Shown here: one piece after another, positions 31,859 to 42,849 of the stretch | How the letters are laid out: each line of letters begins with the position of its first letter | Numbering within the stretch: position 1 is the first letter of the stretch | Origin: an uncultured bacterium | GTDB taxonomy: Bacteria; Acidobacteriota; HRBIN11; JAKEFK01 | Reading direction: 5' to 3' | Length of the DNA: 64,000 bases | Assembly (NCBI GenBank): GCA_963777505.1 | Contig: CAVZQN010000001.1 | Coordinates: 416,001-480,000 of the forward strand | The notes under the pieces: generated by a model | Database searches by the model: none | Told to the model about the DNA's origin: nothing | Seen by the model: the letters and a program-made list of their open reading frames with translations, nothing else | Made by a program: the position numbers and the translations under genes

Positions 31859-32131
31859 ATGAATGCATTTAATCGAGTCTTGAAATTGCGCAAAGGAAGT
31901 GCCTCTCATTATCTTAAGATTACTGCCATAGCGATTGGTGCGTCCGCTGTCGGAGCATTCGCAATTGGAGCGCTTTCCATCGGGGCACTCGCCGTCAGAA
32001 ATATCGCCGTAAAAAAGCTGGCTATCCAAAATACTAAGCTGAAAAAGTTAGAAATCGACGAGTTAACTGTCGGCCGTCTAAGCTTAAAAGAATACCCTGA
32101 ATCAGTGTTCTCGCAGAAGCCTGAGCTTTGA
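31859..32131 (+). CDS. Small hypothetical protein with GAxAI repeats
   Basis: IGASAVGAFAIGALSIGALAV followed by LKKLEIDELTVGRL. Confidence 0.65.
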   Translation: MNAFNRVLKLRKGSASHYLKITAIAIGASAVGAFAIGALSIGALAVRNIAVKKLAIQNTKLKKLEIDELTVGRLSLKEYPESVFSQKPEL

Positions 32132-32156
32132 TTTATTATAGTTGAAGGAAAAGATT

Positions 32157-32831
32157 ATGCTTACATTGATTCGCGGCCGCACAAATTGATGACTGCCTTC
32201 CGAAGAATTTAGAAAGATCGTATCCGCCTTTGAAGCCGTTGTTGTCGACATCGGTACCGGGGATGGATTGTTTATCTACCATCAAGCCAAACAAAATCCG
32301 AACAAGCTTTGCATCGGTATCGATCCTAATACGAAACCGCTCGAAAAAATTTCTACTAAGATTTGCCGGAATCCTGCGAAAGGCGGAGCTCCAAACGCTC
32401 TATACGTTCAGGCTTCTGTGGAAGACCTTCCTGAAGAACTAAATGGAATTGCAAATGAAATTCACATTCTATTTCCCTGGGGCAGTCTGCTTGCCGGTGT
32501 TACAAATGCTGGCTCCCCCATGTTGGAAAACATAAAGAAAATCTGTACGCCAGGAGCCACTCTTCGGATTATGATGGCGTTAGAATCGAAGAAAGACCAG
32601 AGTGAAATACAAAGACTTGACCTGCCAGAGCTTTCAAAGGAATTCGTTGAATCATTTCTGGTTCCGCGTTACGAATCAGCAGGATTTAATGTACTTCAAA
32701 CGCAATCGATTTCATTCTCCGAACTCGCCGCTCTTCCAACTACCTGGGCAAAAAGACTGCAGCATAATAAGGAGCGATCCGTATTGCTTTTGACTGCAAG
32801 TCGAAGCGTTGTAGGCAGTATCAAAAGATAG
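32157..32831 (+). CDS. 16S rRNA (adenine1408-N1)-methyltransferase homolog, NpmA/KamB family; two in-frame TGA at 32187-32192
   Basis: MLTLIRG.., VDIGTGDG, GIDP, KGG..NA, LPEEL..IA, FPWGSLL and TWAKRL are colinear with NpmA/KamB. Confidence 0.85.
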
Positions 32832-32869
32832 CCAGCCATTTGCAACGTATATGATAAAGTACTCTGCAC

Positions 32870-35529
32870 ATGATAGGCGAAACTGTATCCCATTATCGCA
32901 TTCTCAATAAACTTGGCGGAGGCGGAATGGGAGTTGTTTATGAAGCGGAAGATACCGAGCTTGGCCGCCATGTTGCGTTAAAATTCCTGCCTGATCACAT
33001 GGGAAATGATCAAATTACGCTGGATCGTTTCCGCCGTGAAGCCCGAGCAGCATCAGCACTCAATCATCCGAACATTTGTGTGATCCATGAAATCGGGCAG
33101 CACGAAGGACGTCCTTTCATCGCAATGGAATTGATGGAAGGACACACTTTGAAATATGCCATCGGCGGCAAACCGATGGACATCGATCAGACGATTGAGT
33201 TCGGAATCCAAATTGCAGATGCGCTCGATGGAGCACACTCGAAAGGGATTGTTCACAGAGATATCAAACCTGCAAATATTTTCGTTACTGCACGCGGACA
33301 TGCGAAACTTCTCGATTTTGGATTAGCGAAGCAAACCACATCCGAAACAGAACCCAATACTGAAAATGCAAACAGCCAGCGTTCCGGATCAACTCACAAA
33401 ATCAGGATCCACAATGGGAACCGTTTCATACATGTCACCGGAACAAGCGCGTGGAAAAGATCTGGATGCGCGTACTGATCTGTTTTCATTCGGTGTTGTT
33501 CTTTATGAAATGGTCACTGGAGTCTTACCATTCTCCGGACAAAACCCGGGAGAGATTCTGGAATCCATCTTTACAAAGCAACCTGTTGCACCAGTACGAT
33601 TGAATCAAAAAGTTCCCGCCGAACTTGAACGGATCATTAATAAGTGTTTAGAAAAGGATAGGAATCTTCGATACAGCAGTGCTGCAGAATTACGAACCGA
33701 TCTTCAGCGGTTAAAAAGGGATACAGTTCATTCCAGCATCTCAAGCGGTCAAACAGCTGCATCAAAACCATCACGAAATAGATTATGGCTTTTCGCAGTG
33801 ATCGGTTTCATTCTGTTAGCTGCAGGAATTTCCTGGTTCATGCGAGACAAATCCACGGAGGTTTCATCTACACAAAAGTAAACGTACCATGCTTGCGGTT
33901 CTTCCTTTTGAGAACCTCGGGACGGCGGAAGATCAATATTTTGCAGCGGGAATGACCGATGAAATTACCAGCCGTTTATCTACCGTTCCTCAACTTGGGG
34001 TCATTTCACGAACGAGTGCAATGCAATATGACAAAACGAAAAAAAGTCTAAAACAAATCGGGCAGGAACTTGGAGTTGATTATGTGCTGGAAGGAAGCAT
34101 TCGATGGAGTCATTCAGCAGATCTCAGTAAAGTTCGTGTCACACCACAGTTAGTTCGCGTAGCCGACGATACCCAAATCTGGTCCAATATTTACGATCGC
34201 GTCATCAATGATGTATTTCAGGTTCAATCAGAGATTGCGCAAAACGTCATTACACAACTGGGAATTACATTGCTTGAGCCGCAAAAAGCTACGTTAACCG
34301 AAGCGCCAACTCAAAATGTCGAAGCGTATCAATATTACTTGCGCGGCCAGGAACTCGCTATTTCGCCTTCCTATGATCTGACTATGTTCGAAGAAATGAT
34401 CCAGAACTTTCAAGATGCTGTAAGACTGGATGCTAATTTTGCCTTAGCCCATGCGAAGTTAGGAATCGCGCAGCTTCAACTGTTCCACGAAGGCTACGAT
34501 ACATCAACTCAACGCTTAGAGACAGCGAAATCGTCAATTGATAAAGCGCTTCAGCTGAATCCGAATTTGGCGGAGGCAAGGCTTGCGCTTGGGTATTACT
34601 ACTATTACGGATTCACAGATTATGAACGAGCATTGCAGGAATTTAATCCAGCACTGGCCGCATCTCCGAACAATACGGAGGTATTATCTGCGATTGCATA
34701 TGTTGAAAGAAGACAAGGAAAATTTGAAGATTCCATCCGTCATTTGAAAAATGCCATGGAACTGGATCCTCGCAATCCCAACATCGCTGCGAATATTTCT
34801 GTGGTCCTGGCGCGTATGCGCAGGTATCAGGAAGCCGAAACGTATATAGACATGGCGCTCCGTCTCGCTCCTGATCAAGTTTATACCTACGGGATGAAAT
34901 TGTTGAATACACTTCACTGGAAAGGGGACCTCAAAAAGTGTCGAAGAATTCTTGAACGAATGCCTGAAAGAGAACCCGCATTTTACAATTGGTTCTGGAT
35001 ATTCCAAGAAACAAATGAACGAAAATATGAAGCCGCTCTAAACCGGTTAGACCGGATACCCATAGAAATATTTCAGGAAGAGTCTAGATTCGCACCAAAG
35101 TCTTTAATGCGCGCTGAAGTACTTTCTCTGATGAAACAAAACGAAGCTGCGCGTGCGGAATACGAAAAAGCTCGAATTTTTCTGGAAGAAGCAGTAAAGG
35201 AAAAATCGGACTATGCCGCTGTGTATTCATCATTGGGTAAAGCATATGCAGGGCTCGGACGAAAGGAAGATGCGATCCGCAATGGCAAAAAGGCGATGGA
35301 ATTGGTTCCATTGTCGATCGATAAGTTTATGGCGCCAGATTATATAGCTGACATGGCTCAGATATATGTCATGGTTGGCGAATACGATCAGGCACTGAAT
35401 GAAATCGAAACGCTGTTCCGTGAACAATCCTGGTTTTCAGTCAATGGATTGAAACTCCAACCCATGTGGGATCCGTTACGAGACCATCCACGCTACAAAC
35501 AAATCATTCAGAAGTACTCAAAAAATTAG
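32870..35529 (+). CDS. Ser/Thr protein kinase, TM helix, TolB-N-like domain and TPRs; +1 frameshifts near 33365 and 33876
   Basis: [21 protein letters not shown] and [10 protein letters not shown] motifs; LAVLPFEN; three ORFs join by removing one A from each of two A-runs. Confidence 0.88.
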
Positions 35530-36010
35530 GCTGCACAGTTGCGTTCTGTTTTGCATAATCGGTTGAACTGAGAACCACCATCAAGAATATTACACAGCCA
35601 ATTCCATAGAGCGATAAAAATATTCCATCAATCGATAACCATACGTTCAGGATTTGCTTGTTAGGAATGTAATAAAATGCTGGCGAGATTGAATCAAGCA
35701 AACGATAACCGAAAATTCCGTTGAGCAGTACACCTAACACAGCAGTCACACAACAGTAAAAGTGCGACTTCGCTAAACGTAAAGATGGTGATCTACCGTT
35801 TGACCATCGCGGAATGGCATTGTAAACAAGCCCAAACAATGTCATTCCGATCCAGCCAAGCAGAGCAACATGTCCATGAATGGGCGCCCATGGGCATGCA
35901 ACTTTAACGCCTCCCATCAGGTAGTGACCAAGCGGGCCATACCCTGTCAGTAACCCAAGCACAAGAAGTCCTGAGCCCCACCGGATAAATCGCAACGCCA
36001 GCGTTTCCAT
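35504..36010 (-). CDS. Membrane protein resembling a heme-copper oxidase subunit I fragment
   Basis: IHGHVALLGWIGMTLFGLVY..P motif; 4 TM helices; GGAGG RBS. Confidence 0.6.
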   Translation of the reverse strand: METLALRFIRWGSGLLVLGLLTGYGPLGHYLMGGVKVACPWAPIHGHVALLGWIGMTLFGLVYNAIPRWSNGRSPSLRLAKSHFYCCVTAVLGVLLNGIFGYRLLDSISPAFYYIPNKQILNVWLSIDGIFLSLYGIGCVIFLMVVLSSTDYAKQNATVQPNFLSTSE

Positions 36011-36055
36011 GATTGCACCTCCAATCAATAGAATATCCGGAATCGCGATTTGTGA

Positions 36056-36550
36056 TTAGTCGCGATTGATCCGGCACGCGAAACATCCATAGACAGGAAA
36101 ACGCGCATCAACAAAGGCAGTTTCTGGTAACGCAAGAAAACGCTCCAGCACATTTTGGGCGTCAACATTTTGAACAAGAGCAGCATCAATAATTTCTTCC
36201 CGCTCATTGTATGCACGTAAAACGAATTGTTCGCGCAAATAAGGCTCTGGTTCCGGCTGAGTCAAAGGCAATTCGTTCCGTCGAACTTCTTCATCCGAAG
36301 GTTGTGCGAGCACAAAGATCGGCCCGTATTCTTTGTACGGTCCGCTTTGAGTGAATGCACAAAAGCTGGCGAGGATTACTTCTTCACCCGGGCGTGAGCG
36401 TCTCAAAACATCTCTGCACGGATCACCTCCAGTTTCCGATCGATAGCGTTTCACCGGTTGATTCTGCGCATCCAATCCAGTTTCTCTGACCTTCACAAGA
36501 AAATCTGCTGGAATCTCATTGATGTAAATTGCCGTCTTCACGATATTCAT
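36056..36550 (-). CDS. DUF1203 domain protein
   Basis: PCR.VLR..PGE, PY.EYGPIF, LRAY and GCFACRI motifs. Confidence 0.85.
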   Translation of the reverse strand: MNIVKTAIYINEIPADFLVKVRETGLDAQNQPVKRYRSETGGDPCRDVLRRSRPGEEVILASFCAFTQSGPYKEYGPIFVLAQPSDEEVRRNELPLTQPEPEPYLREQFVLRAYNEREEIIDAALVQNVDAQNVLERFLALPETAFVDARFPVYGCFACRINRD

Positions 36551-36572
36551 TTTCGATTCCTCCGTTAGAATC

Positions 36573-36597
36573 GGGCGGGTCTTAGACCCGCCCCTAC
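36573..36597 (-). repeat. Single GTAG-type REP hairpin
   Basis: GGGCGGGTCTTAGACCCGCCCCTAC. Confidence 0.75.
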
Positions 36598-36759
36598 AGT
36601 TGGCATTTTAGTCAGCCGATGAAAGCTCATCTATCCGATTCTTAGGTTCAAACTGAGATACCCGTTTGTATCAATAAACGCGTTATCCAAACTGTATTTC
36701 TCTCCGGTCAGGGACGATTTGGATGACGAAAAACTCGGATCGGTGTAATACTTCTATAT

Positions 36760-37893
36760 ATGAAGCAGCTCTCACGACGCGTCTTTGTGCAACAATCATT
36801 GTTGACGCTGCCTGCATTTTGTTTTTTGAAATGTGGAACGCAGGCAAATGCGAAAGAGGCAACTATGGAAGATGCTATGGATGAAGCGCTGGAAATGCTG
36901 GCGCGAACAGGACCTGAATATCAAGGCGGTCTTGCCAACCATGGACCTATGGCTGCCGAAGCGCTTGTCGCAATGGATCGTCCGAATTCAGTAACTCCGT
37001 GGGTGGAACGATATAAGAGTAGCTTGCAAGATCATCCATCGGCACGTACAAAAATATCCAAAACAGAATGGCGGGAAGAACTTGGTAATTTCAATCTGGC
37101 AGCTGAATGGATCGAATTCTTCGACCGTGAATTAAAAGAGAATTCATGGAAATCAGTTGTTAGTGAATGGGTCACGAATCTTGCTCCTGGATTATCGGCT
37201 GCTGCAGGTCACGGACTTCTGCGAACTGCACACATCATTCGTCGTTTAGAAAAGAAAGAAACAGAAGCGAGACGGCGTGAATTGGCAGAAGGTCTCGGAT
37301 ACTGGGCTGCACGATATCAAATACTTCCGGTTTCAGATGTAAAAGCATCGAAAGTATTACAACCATCTCAGGCTCTCAAACAAGTTCAGCTCTTGCCGTC
37401 CGAACAACGTGGCAGAGGTGGTTCCATCACTGGCGGACTTGTTCGCCTTGATGACTTCCCTCCATTTGCTCAAGCAATCAATCTTGTTGATGTATCGGTT
37501 AAACCTGATCAATTTATTTCAAACTTAACTGAAACTTTCGCGGCGCTCTACGTTGAAAATCCTTCACGCCGTTTCATTATCGCTTTCATTCATGCAGTGA
37601 CAGCGCCTAGTGCGATTCGATTGCTTCTTCCTTACTTGACACCTGAAGCGCAAAAAAGTGCGTTACGTTACGGATGGCAACTTGCAGCAGGAATCTACTC
37701 TGTATTTGCGGACAGTATGATCAGCGCTAAAACAGCGACACAAAAATACGACAAGGAAGATCTGATTGATCGTGCGGTTAAAAATGGAGATGAGCACGCA
37801 ATCAAATTTACTGAAGCTTGTTTGCGAGAGTATGCGCTGAATCCAAAACCCGTGTATTTGGAAGCGGCGAAAATGGTTTCTGATGAGCTGTAG
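36760..37893 (+). CDS. Questin oxidase-like (DUF4243) protein with possible Tat signal
   Basis: SRRVFV; GLANHGPM, GHGLLRT, IHAVT and DEHAIKF motifs. Confidence 0.85.
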   Translation: MKQLSRRVFVQQSLLTLPAFCFLKCGTQANAKEATMEDAMDEALEMLARTGPEYQGGLANHGPMAAEALVAMDRPNSVTPWVERYKSSLQDHPSARTKISKTEWREELGNFNLAAEWIEFFDRELKENSWKSVVSEWVTNLAPGLSAAAGHGLLRTAHIIRRLEKKETEARRRELAEGLGYWAARYQILPVSDVKASKVLQPSQALKQVQLLPSEQRGRGGSITGGLVRLDDFPPFAQAINLVDVSVKPDQFISNLTETFAALYVENPSRRFIIAFIHAVTAPSAIRLLLPYLTPEAQKSALRYGWQLAAGIYSVFADSMISAKTATQKYDKEDLIDRAVKNGDEHAIKFTEACLREYALNPKPVYLEAAKMVSDEL

Positions 37894-37901
37894 TTTTCCT
37901 G

Positions 37902-38272
37902 CTAGTGAATCGATTCAGGATTGAATCGGTCTTTCCCAATCCAATACGAGACATTGTGGACAATCCTGATCTTCAGGATAGTCAATTCCTTCCTGGTGTG
38001 GACATCCCACGATTCCATCTGAAGCGACAACAGACTTCACGCCACGGCTTGTTAAATATTCAGTGATTTCCATTCCTATCTTGTCGATCATGTCGAACGT
38101 CTTCTTTATCCGCGAACCATACATTCATTTCTGGTTCTGCATTTTCAGATTCGATAAAGCCGACGGCCACTTTATTCGCAAAATTCTCGTCAGGACCATA
38201 AAATGCGAGCGTCCCTATAGGATAGCCATAAAACCCACTATCAAAATCACCCTCTTTCTTATTTTTCTTCAT
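37902..38272 (-). CDS. Conserved hypothetical protein with a C-terminal CPH..CP.C motif; frameshifts near 38082 and 37950
   Basis: GFYGYPIGTLAFYGPD..A.KVAVG and IVGCPHQEGIDYPE..CPQC pieces lie in adjacent frames. Confidence 0.65.
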
Positions 38273-38294
38273 CTTGAATCCTGTATCCCGAAGC

Positions 38295-39309
38295 TCACTG
38301 GCAAACAGATTGTGGATTATCAATAAACTTCTGAGGTGTACCCGCGCGTTTTAGACGAGCCGCCAACAACATGTTTTTATTAAGGATTTCTGCCACGACA
38401 TATGGCTCAAAATATCCTTCAAGATTAAAAAATGTTTCTATCTTTTCTGCATTAGGCGGCATTAGAACCATCGCAGGACTTTCCTGGAGGCCCAGCTTTT
38501 CAACCAGAGGTCTTGATTGTGGATTGGTTATGTCGAGTCTTACAAAGATCGCACAAGGCACAAGTGACGCCATGTAAGGACTGTAGGGTACACTTTCCTC
38601 AAACTTCTTGTTGGAAGGCCCTTCCTGATAGAACCAAACGATAAGAAATAGTTGACGCTCATAAGCAAGGTTGTATGCTTCGTTAAAATTAGATAGCCAT
38701 TCGATCTTATTGTTTGAGGATCTTTGCCTTTTCAGCCGATCGATCTCGGTTTCCCAATAAGGTCGCAAATCGTTGTTTAACTGAAAACATTTTTCGAAAT
38801 CATTTTCGGCCATCGGATCTATTCTCATTCGAAGGAAAAACACTGCCTCTAACGCAATATGCTTCTGCGACTTCCGGATTTAATGAAATTACTTTTTTAG
38901 CATCCTCAAAAGCAAGATCAGGGTCTCCAAGATTCAGATGCGTTAAGCTTCGACCAAAGTAAGCATCCATAGAATCCGGATCCCTCCTTACCGCTTCATC
39001 AAAGTCATTGAGTGCGGCGCCGAGATAACCAACAAGATAATTCGCAACTCCACGTGCACCATAAGCCGATGAAAGGCTCTTATCTTTTGTTTCAAATAAC
39101 ATCTTGCCCTTTAATGATTCAATGACTTTATCCAATACGACGATTGCTTCCTTGTATTTCCCTTCCTTGATTAACGCCACGCCTTCTTTGAGATTCTGCT
39201 GTCCTTTAAAACGCTTCTCTATGTCTTCCCTAAACGTCTGCGCGTGAAGCGTGCTAAAAGAAACCACTATAAGAATCAAAATTGTTACGGTCTTAAATGT
39301 TGTTCTCAT
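38295..39309 (-). CDS. Secreted TPR protein with a C-terminal thioredoxin-like fold; +1 frameshift near 38838
   Basis: Signal peptide and TPRs; IEWLSNFNEAY.LA....L.IVWFY thioredoxin-like start without CxxC. Confidence 0.7.
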
Positions 39310-39325
39310 TTTGTTGATCGGTATT

Positions 39326-39748
39326 TTATCGACTCTTTTTAATTTTTTTAGAACGTTTTTTCGGACTGCCTTTTGCGGTTTTCTTTTTGACAGGTGAAGC
39401 TTTCATCGATTTCGGCCTTGCATGACGCGGCTGATAAACGCCAAGTTTTCCACCGCCTGGCAAAGTTACATTTGTCAGGATTCCCCAGCCTTGATCCTCA
39501 ACAGCTGCGCATTTGATTCCACGTTTCCGCATTTCTGAGACAAACGAATTAACGTCATCACACATTAAATAAAATTCGTGGACGTTGTTTTTATCAGAAG
39601 GATGAAAAGCTACTTCCGCAGGCGGCAATCCAAAAATCAACCATCCACCACCTACATCAACACCAGGAAATTTCAATACATCGCGCAGGAAGGCCCGATC
39701 CGAATCAGGATCTTTACTATAGATAATAGAATGCGCACCAATTATCAT
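39326..39748 (-). CDS. VOC family (extradiol-dioxygenase-like) protein with Lys-rich tail
   Basis: IIGAHSIIYS, GGGWLIF.LPPAE and DQGWG motifs. Confidence 0.85.
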   Translation of the reverse strand: MIIGAHSIIYSKDPDSDRAFLRDVLKFPGVDVGGGWLIFGLPPAEVAFHPSDKNNVHEFYLMCDDVNSFVSEMRKRGIKCAAVEDQGWGILTNVTLPGGGKLGVYQPRHARPKSMKASPVKKKTAKGSPKKRSKKIKKSR

Positions 39749-39905
39749 TGTCGCTTCTCCTTTACCGGCGATGTTAGCATAAAATAAATGGGAAATAATG
39801 TTCGTTTTTGAACATCAAAAATCCCTAATATGAACATTTTCAGGCGCAATTGGAAAACTCTTACGACCTGACCCGATTGGCATTTCGCTTGCTGGGCTGA
39901 CAAGC

Positions 39906-42326
39906 ATGGAAACCATATTTCAAGATATTCGATACGCACTCCGCATGATGTTCAAAAATCCGGGCTTTACCATAATTGCCCTTCTAACCCTGGGATTAGG
40001 AATCGGAGCGAACACCGCAATTTTCAGCATTGTAAATACCTTACTCCTTCGTCCATTGCCTTATGGAAATCCCGAAAGGATCGTAATGGTCTGGCAGGAT
40101 TACACAAAACGAACCGGCCGAGAGCGCGAATGGACATCTCCTGATACTTTTTTTGATTGGCGCGCACAAAATCAGGTTTTTGAAGGAATTTCTGCTCTGG
40201 ATGCATGGCTTCCAACAATTATTGCAGAACAACCAGAACAGCTTGCAGGTGCGCTTGTGAACTACAACATGTTTTCGATTCTTGGAGTTCAACCTTCACT
40301 CGGACGGAACTTCACTAAAGAAGAAGACGTACCGAATGGCCCCAGGGTTGTAATTTTGAGCGATGGTCTCTGGAAAAGGAAATTTGCGGCAGACTCAAAA
40401 ATAATCGGCAAAAATCTGCTGATTGATGGACAACAATTTAACGTCATTGGAGTCATGCCTCATGATTTTGAATTTCCGATGGAACCCTCTGCGCAACTCT
40501 GGACACCAATGCAGGTGGATTCAACAAATTCTTGCGGCCGTGGATGCATCACACTGCGAACAATCGCCAGATTGAAACCTGGCGTGAGTCTACAGCAAGC
40601 AACATCCGACATGAAAGTGATCACAAAAAGATTGGCACAGCAATATCCTGAAGAGTATCGCGACGTTGGAATCATATTACTTCCATTGCAGGAACAACTG
40701 ACTGAAGATATTCGGCCAGCACTTCTTCTTTTGCTTGGCGCAGTGGGTCTTGTTCTATTGATTGCCTGCGCCAACATTGCAAATCTACTTCTTGCCCGAG
40801 CATCAAAACGACGCACTGAAATTGCAGTCCGTTCCGCTCTAGGTGCAAGCAAACTTCGATTAATGCGCCAACTCATGACTGAAAATTTATTGCTTGCTCT
40901 TATCGGTGGAATCGTTGGAATTTTTCTTGGGGTTCAAGGATTGCAAATTCTGATTGGGCTTTTGCCGGACGATATTCAAATCATAGGACTTAGACATATT
41001 GGTATCGATATAACTGTTCTTGGTTTCACACTCGCGCTTTCATTGATCACTGGAATCATTTTCGGATTACTGCCACTCATACAATTTACTGATCCAGGAA
41101 TGGGAGAATCTCTAAAAGAAGCCGGCAAAAACCGGGCCTCAGCAGGCGGAAGCCGCATTAGAAGTATTCTTGTCGTTTCCGAAGTTGCATTCGCATTGAT
41201 GTTACTTGTCGGAGCTGGATTGCTCATGAAAAGCTTTCTTCGCCTGATTAACGTGAATCCAGGATTCCGTGCAGAGAATGTTTTAACCATGCAGCTCAAT
41301 CTTCCCGAACTTCGATATCCGGAACGAGAACAGATTAATGCGTACATTTATGAACTGCTTGAAAGAGTGCAAACACTGCCCGGAGTTCTAAAAGCAGGAA
41401 CGACTTCCGTTCTTCCACTCGGTGGGAATTACACTGATACAGACTTTCTCATTGAGGGCCAATCTGAAGATACAGCAAAAGATCAGGGTGTCTGGTTTCA
41501 AATGATCAGCAAGGATTATTTACAGACTCTTGGAATTCAATTATTGAGAGGGCGTAATTTTACTGATCAAGACGGTGCAGAAGCACCAAGAGTCTTGATT
41601 GTCAGCGAATCATTTGCGAAACGCTATTTTCCAAAAGGCGATGCAATTGGAAAACGATTAAACTTCAACAATCCTGCAAAGCCATTGTGGCGTGAGATCA
41701 TTGGAATCACGGCAGACGTAAAACAATTCGGTTTGGATCGCGAAATTCCTGTTGCACTTTACTTTCATCAAAAACAAAGCGCATCTCCGTTTGTAACACT
41801 TGCGGTACGAACGACAAAAGATCCTTTAAATCTGACAAATGAAATTCGCTCTCAGGTTTGGTCCCTGGATAAAAACCTTGCAGTTTCAAACGTGCAGACG
41901 ATGGATCAAGTTGTTGCAACTACTGTAAACACGCCGCGAATCACACTGATTTTGATTGGCACTTTCGCTGCTGCAGCCCTTTTGCTGGCAGGGTTAGGTT
42001 TATATGGGGTGATCAGTTATTCAACGGCTCAACGTACAAATGAAATTGGAATCCGAATGGCGTTGGGAGCCGAACGTCGTCATGTGTTGCAAATGATTGT
42101 AAAGCAAGGAATCATCCTGACTGCAATAGGTGTTGTGATCGGTTTAGCAGGAGCTTTTTCACTAACTCGGCTTATGGAACGCCTTTTGTTTGGAGTTGAA
42201 GCTACGGATCCGCAAACGTTTATTGCGATTTCCGTTCTGCTTGCGTTAATCGCCTTAATTGCAAGTTATATTCCGGCCCATCGTGCATCCAAGGTAGATC
42301 CGGTGGAAGCTCTACGGTACGAATAA
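39906..42326 (+). CDS. ADOP family duplicated ABC permease
   Basis: QDIRYALR, LGIGANTAIFS, LIACANIANLLL and EIGIRMALGA motifs. Confidence 0.93.
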   Translation: METIFQDIRYALRMMFKNPGFTIIALLTLGLGIGANTAIFSIVNTLLLRPLPYGNPERIVMVWQDYTKRTGREREWTSPDTFFDWRAQNQVFEGISALDAWLPTIIAEQPEQLAGALVNYNMFSILGVQPSLGRNFTKEEDVPNGPRVVILSDGLWKRKFAADSKIIGKNLLIDGQQFNVIGVMPHDFEFPMEPSAQLWTPMQVDSTNSCGRGCITLRTIARLKPGVSLQQATSDMKVITKRLAQQYPEEYRDVGIILLPLQEQLTEDIRPALLLLLGAVGLVLLIACANIANLLLARASKRRTEIAVRSALGASKLRLMRQLMTENLLLALIGGIVGIFLGVQGLQILIGLLPDDIQIIGLRHIGIDITVLGFTLALSLITGIIFGLLPLIQFTDPGMGESLKEAGKNRASAGGSRIRSILVVSEVAFALMLLVGAGLLMKSFLRLINVNPGFRAENVLTMQLNLPELRYPEREQINAYIYELLERVQTLPGVLKAGTTSVLPLGGNYTDTDFLIEGQSEDTAKDQGVWFQMISKDYLQTLGIQLLRGRNFTDQDGAEAPRVLIVSESFAKRYFPKGDAIGKRLNFNNPAKPLWREIIGITADVKQFGLDREIPVALYFHQKQSASPFVTLAVRTTKDPLNLTNEIRSQVWSLDKNLAVSNVQTMDQVVATTVNTPRITLILIGTFAAAALLLAGLGLYGVISYSTAQRTNEIGIRMALGAERRHVLQMIVKQGIILTAIGVVIGLAGAFSLTRLMERLLFGVEATDPQTFIAISVLLALIALIASYIPAHRASKVDPVEALRYE

Positions 42327-42782
42327 TTATTTAGGCCTTCGGGGCCGTTGCTTTGCCGAAACCGATTTTATAATTATTTTACGCGTGGCATTTTGTTCAA
42401 TTCCAACACGGGCACTCTTTAGCGCAAGATTCATCATTGCCTTTACATCCGGTTGATCTAAATCTTTTGCACTTTCCAGCACAATATGCCGCACGACATT
42501 GCCACTTCCTTTAAGTAATTTCTTCGGATCCGCAAGGCTTGCTCCTTGTAGAAAAAATAAATTTATCCATCGCGGATACAGTACGATTGAGAAAATCGCA
42601 TCCGATGCGCGTTCATTTGGACCGAACCCGATTACAAGAGCATTGTAGTTGTCGTACACCATTTCCACGGCGCCAGGTAAACGTTTGCGCATTTTCTTAA
42701 GCGCTTCTTGCGCCAATTTAGCAACTTCAGGTGTAAATCGAGCTATAAAACGATTCAGTTCTTTATCTGCTGTTTTTAACAT
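42327..42782 (-). CDS. DUF1801/YdhG-like protein
   Basis: VYDNYNALVIGF and L.DP.KLL.GSG..VRH motifs. Confidence 0.7.
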   Translation of the reverse strand: MLKTADKELNRFIARFTPEVAKLAQEALKKMRKRLPGAVEMVYDNYNALVIGFGPNERASDAIFSIVLYPRWINLFFLQGASLADPKKLLKGSGNVVRHIVLESAKDLDQPDVKAMMNLALKSARVGIEQNATRKIIIKSVSAKQRPRRPK

Positions 42783-42849
42783 TCCGCTCTGAGTCTCATA
42801 AGCTTTGAGCCTTTGCGGTTAGACATGATGTTGAACTCGTCGCCATGGC

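Noticed and set aside
32187-32192. TGA recoded as Trp, Gly or Sec
   Set aside because: TGA ends many ordinary genes here (for example at 714, 7408 and 11132). No SECIS-like hairpin is evident and the positions are not Cys-equivalent.
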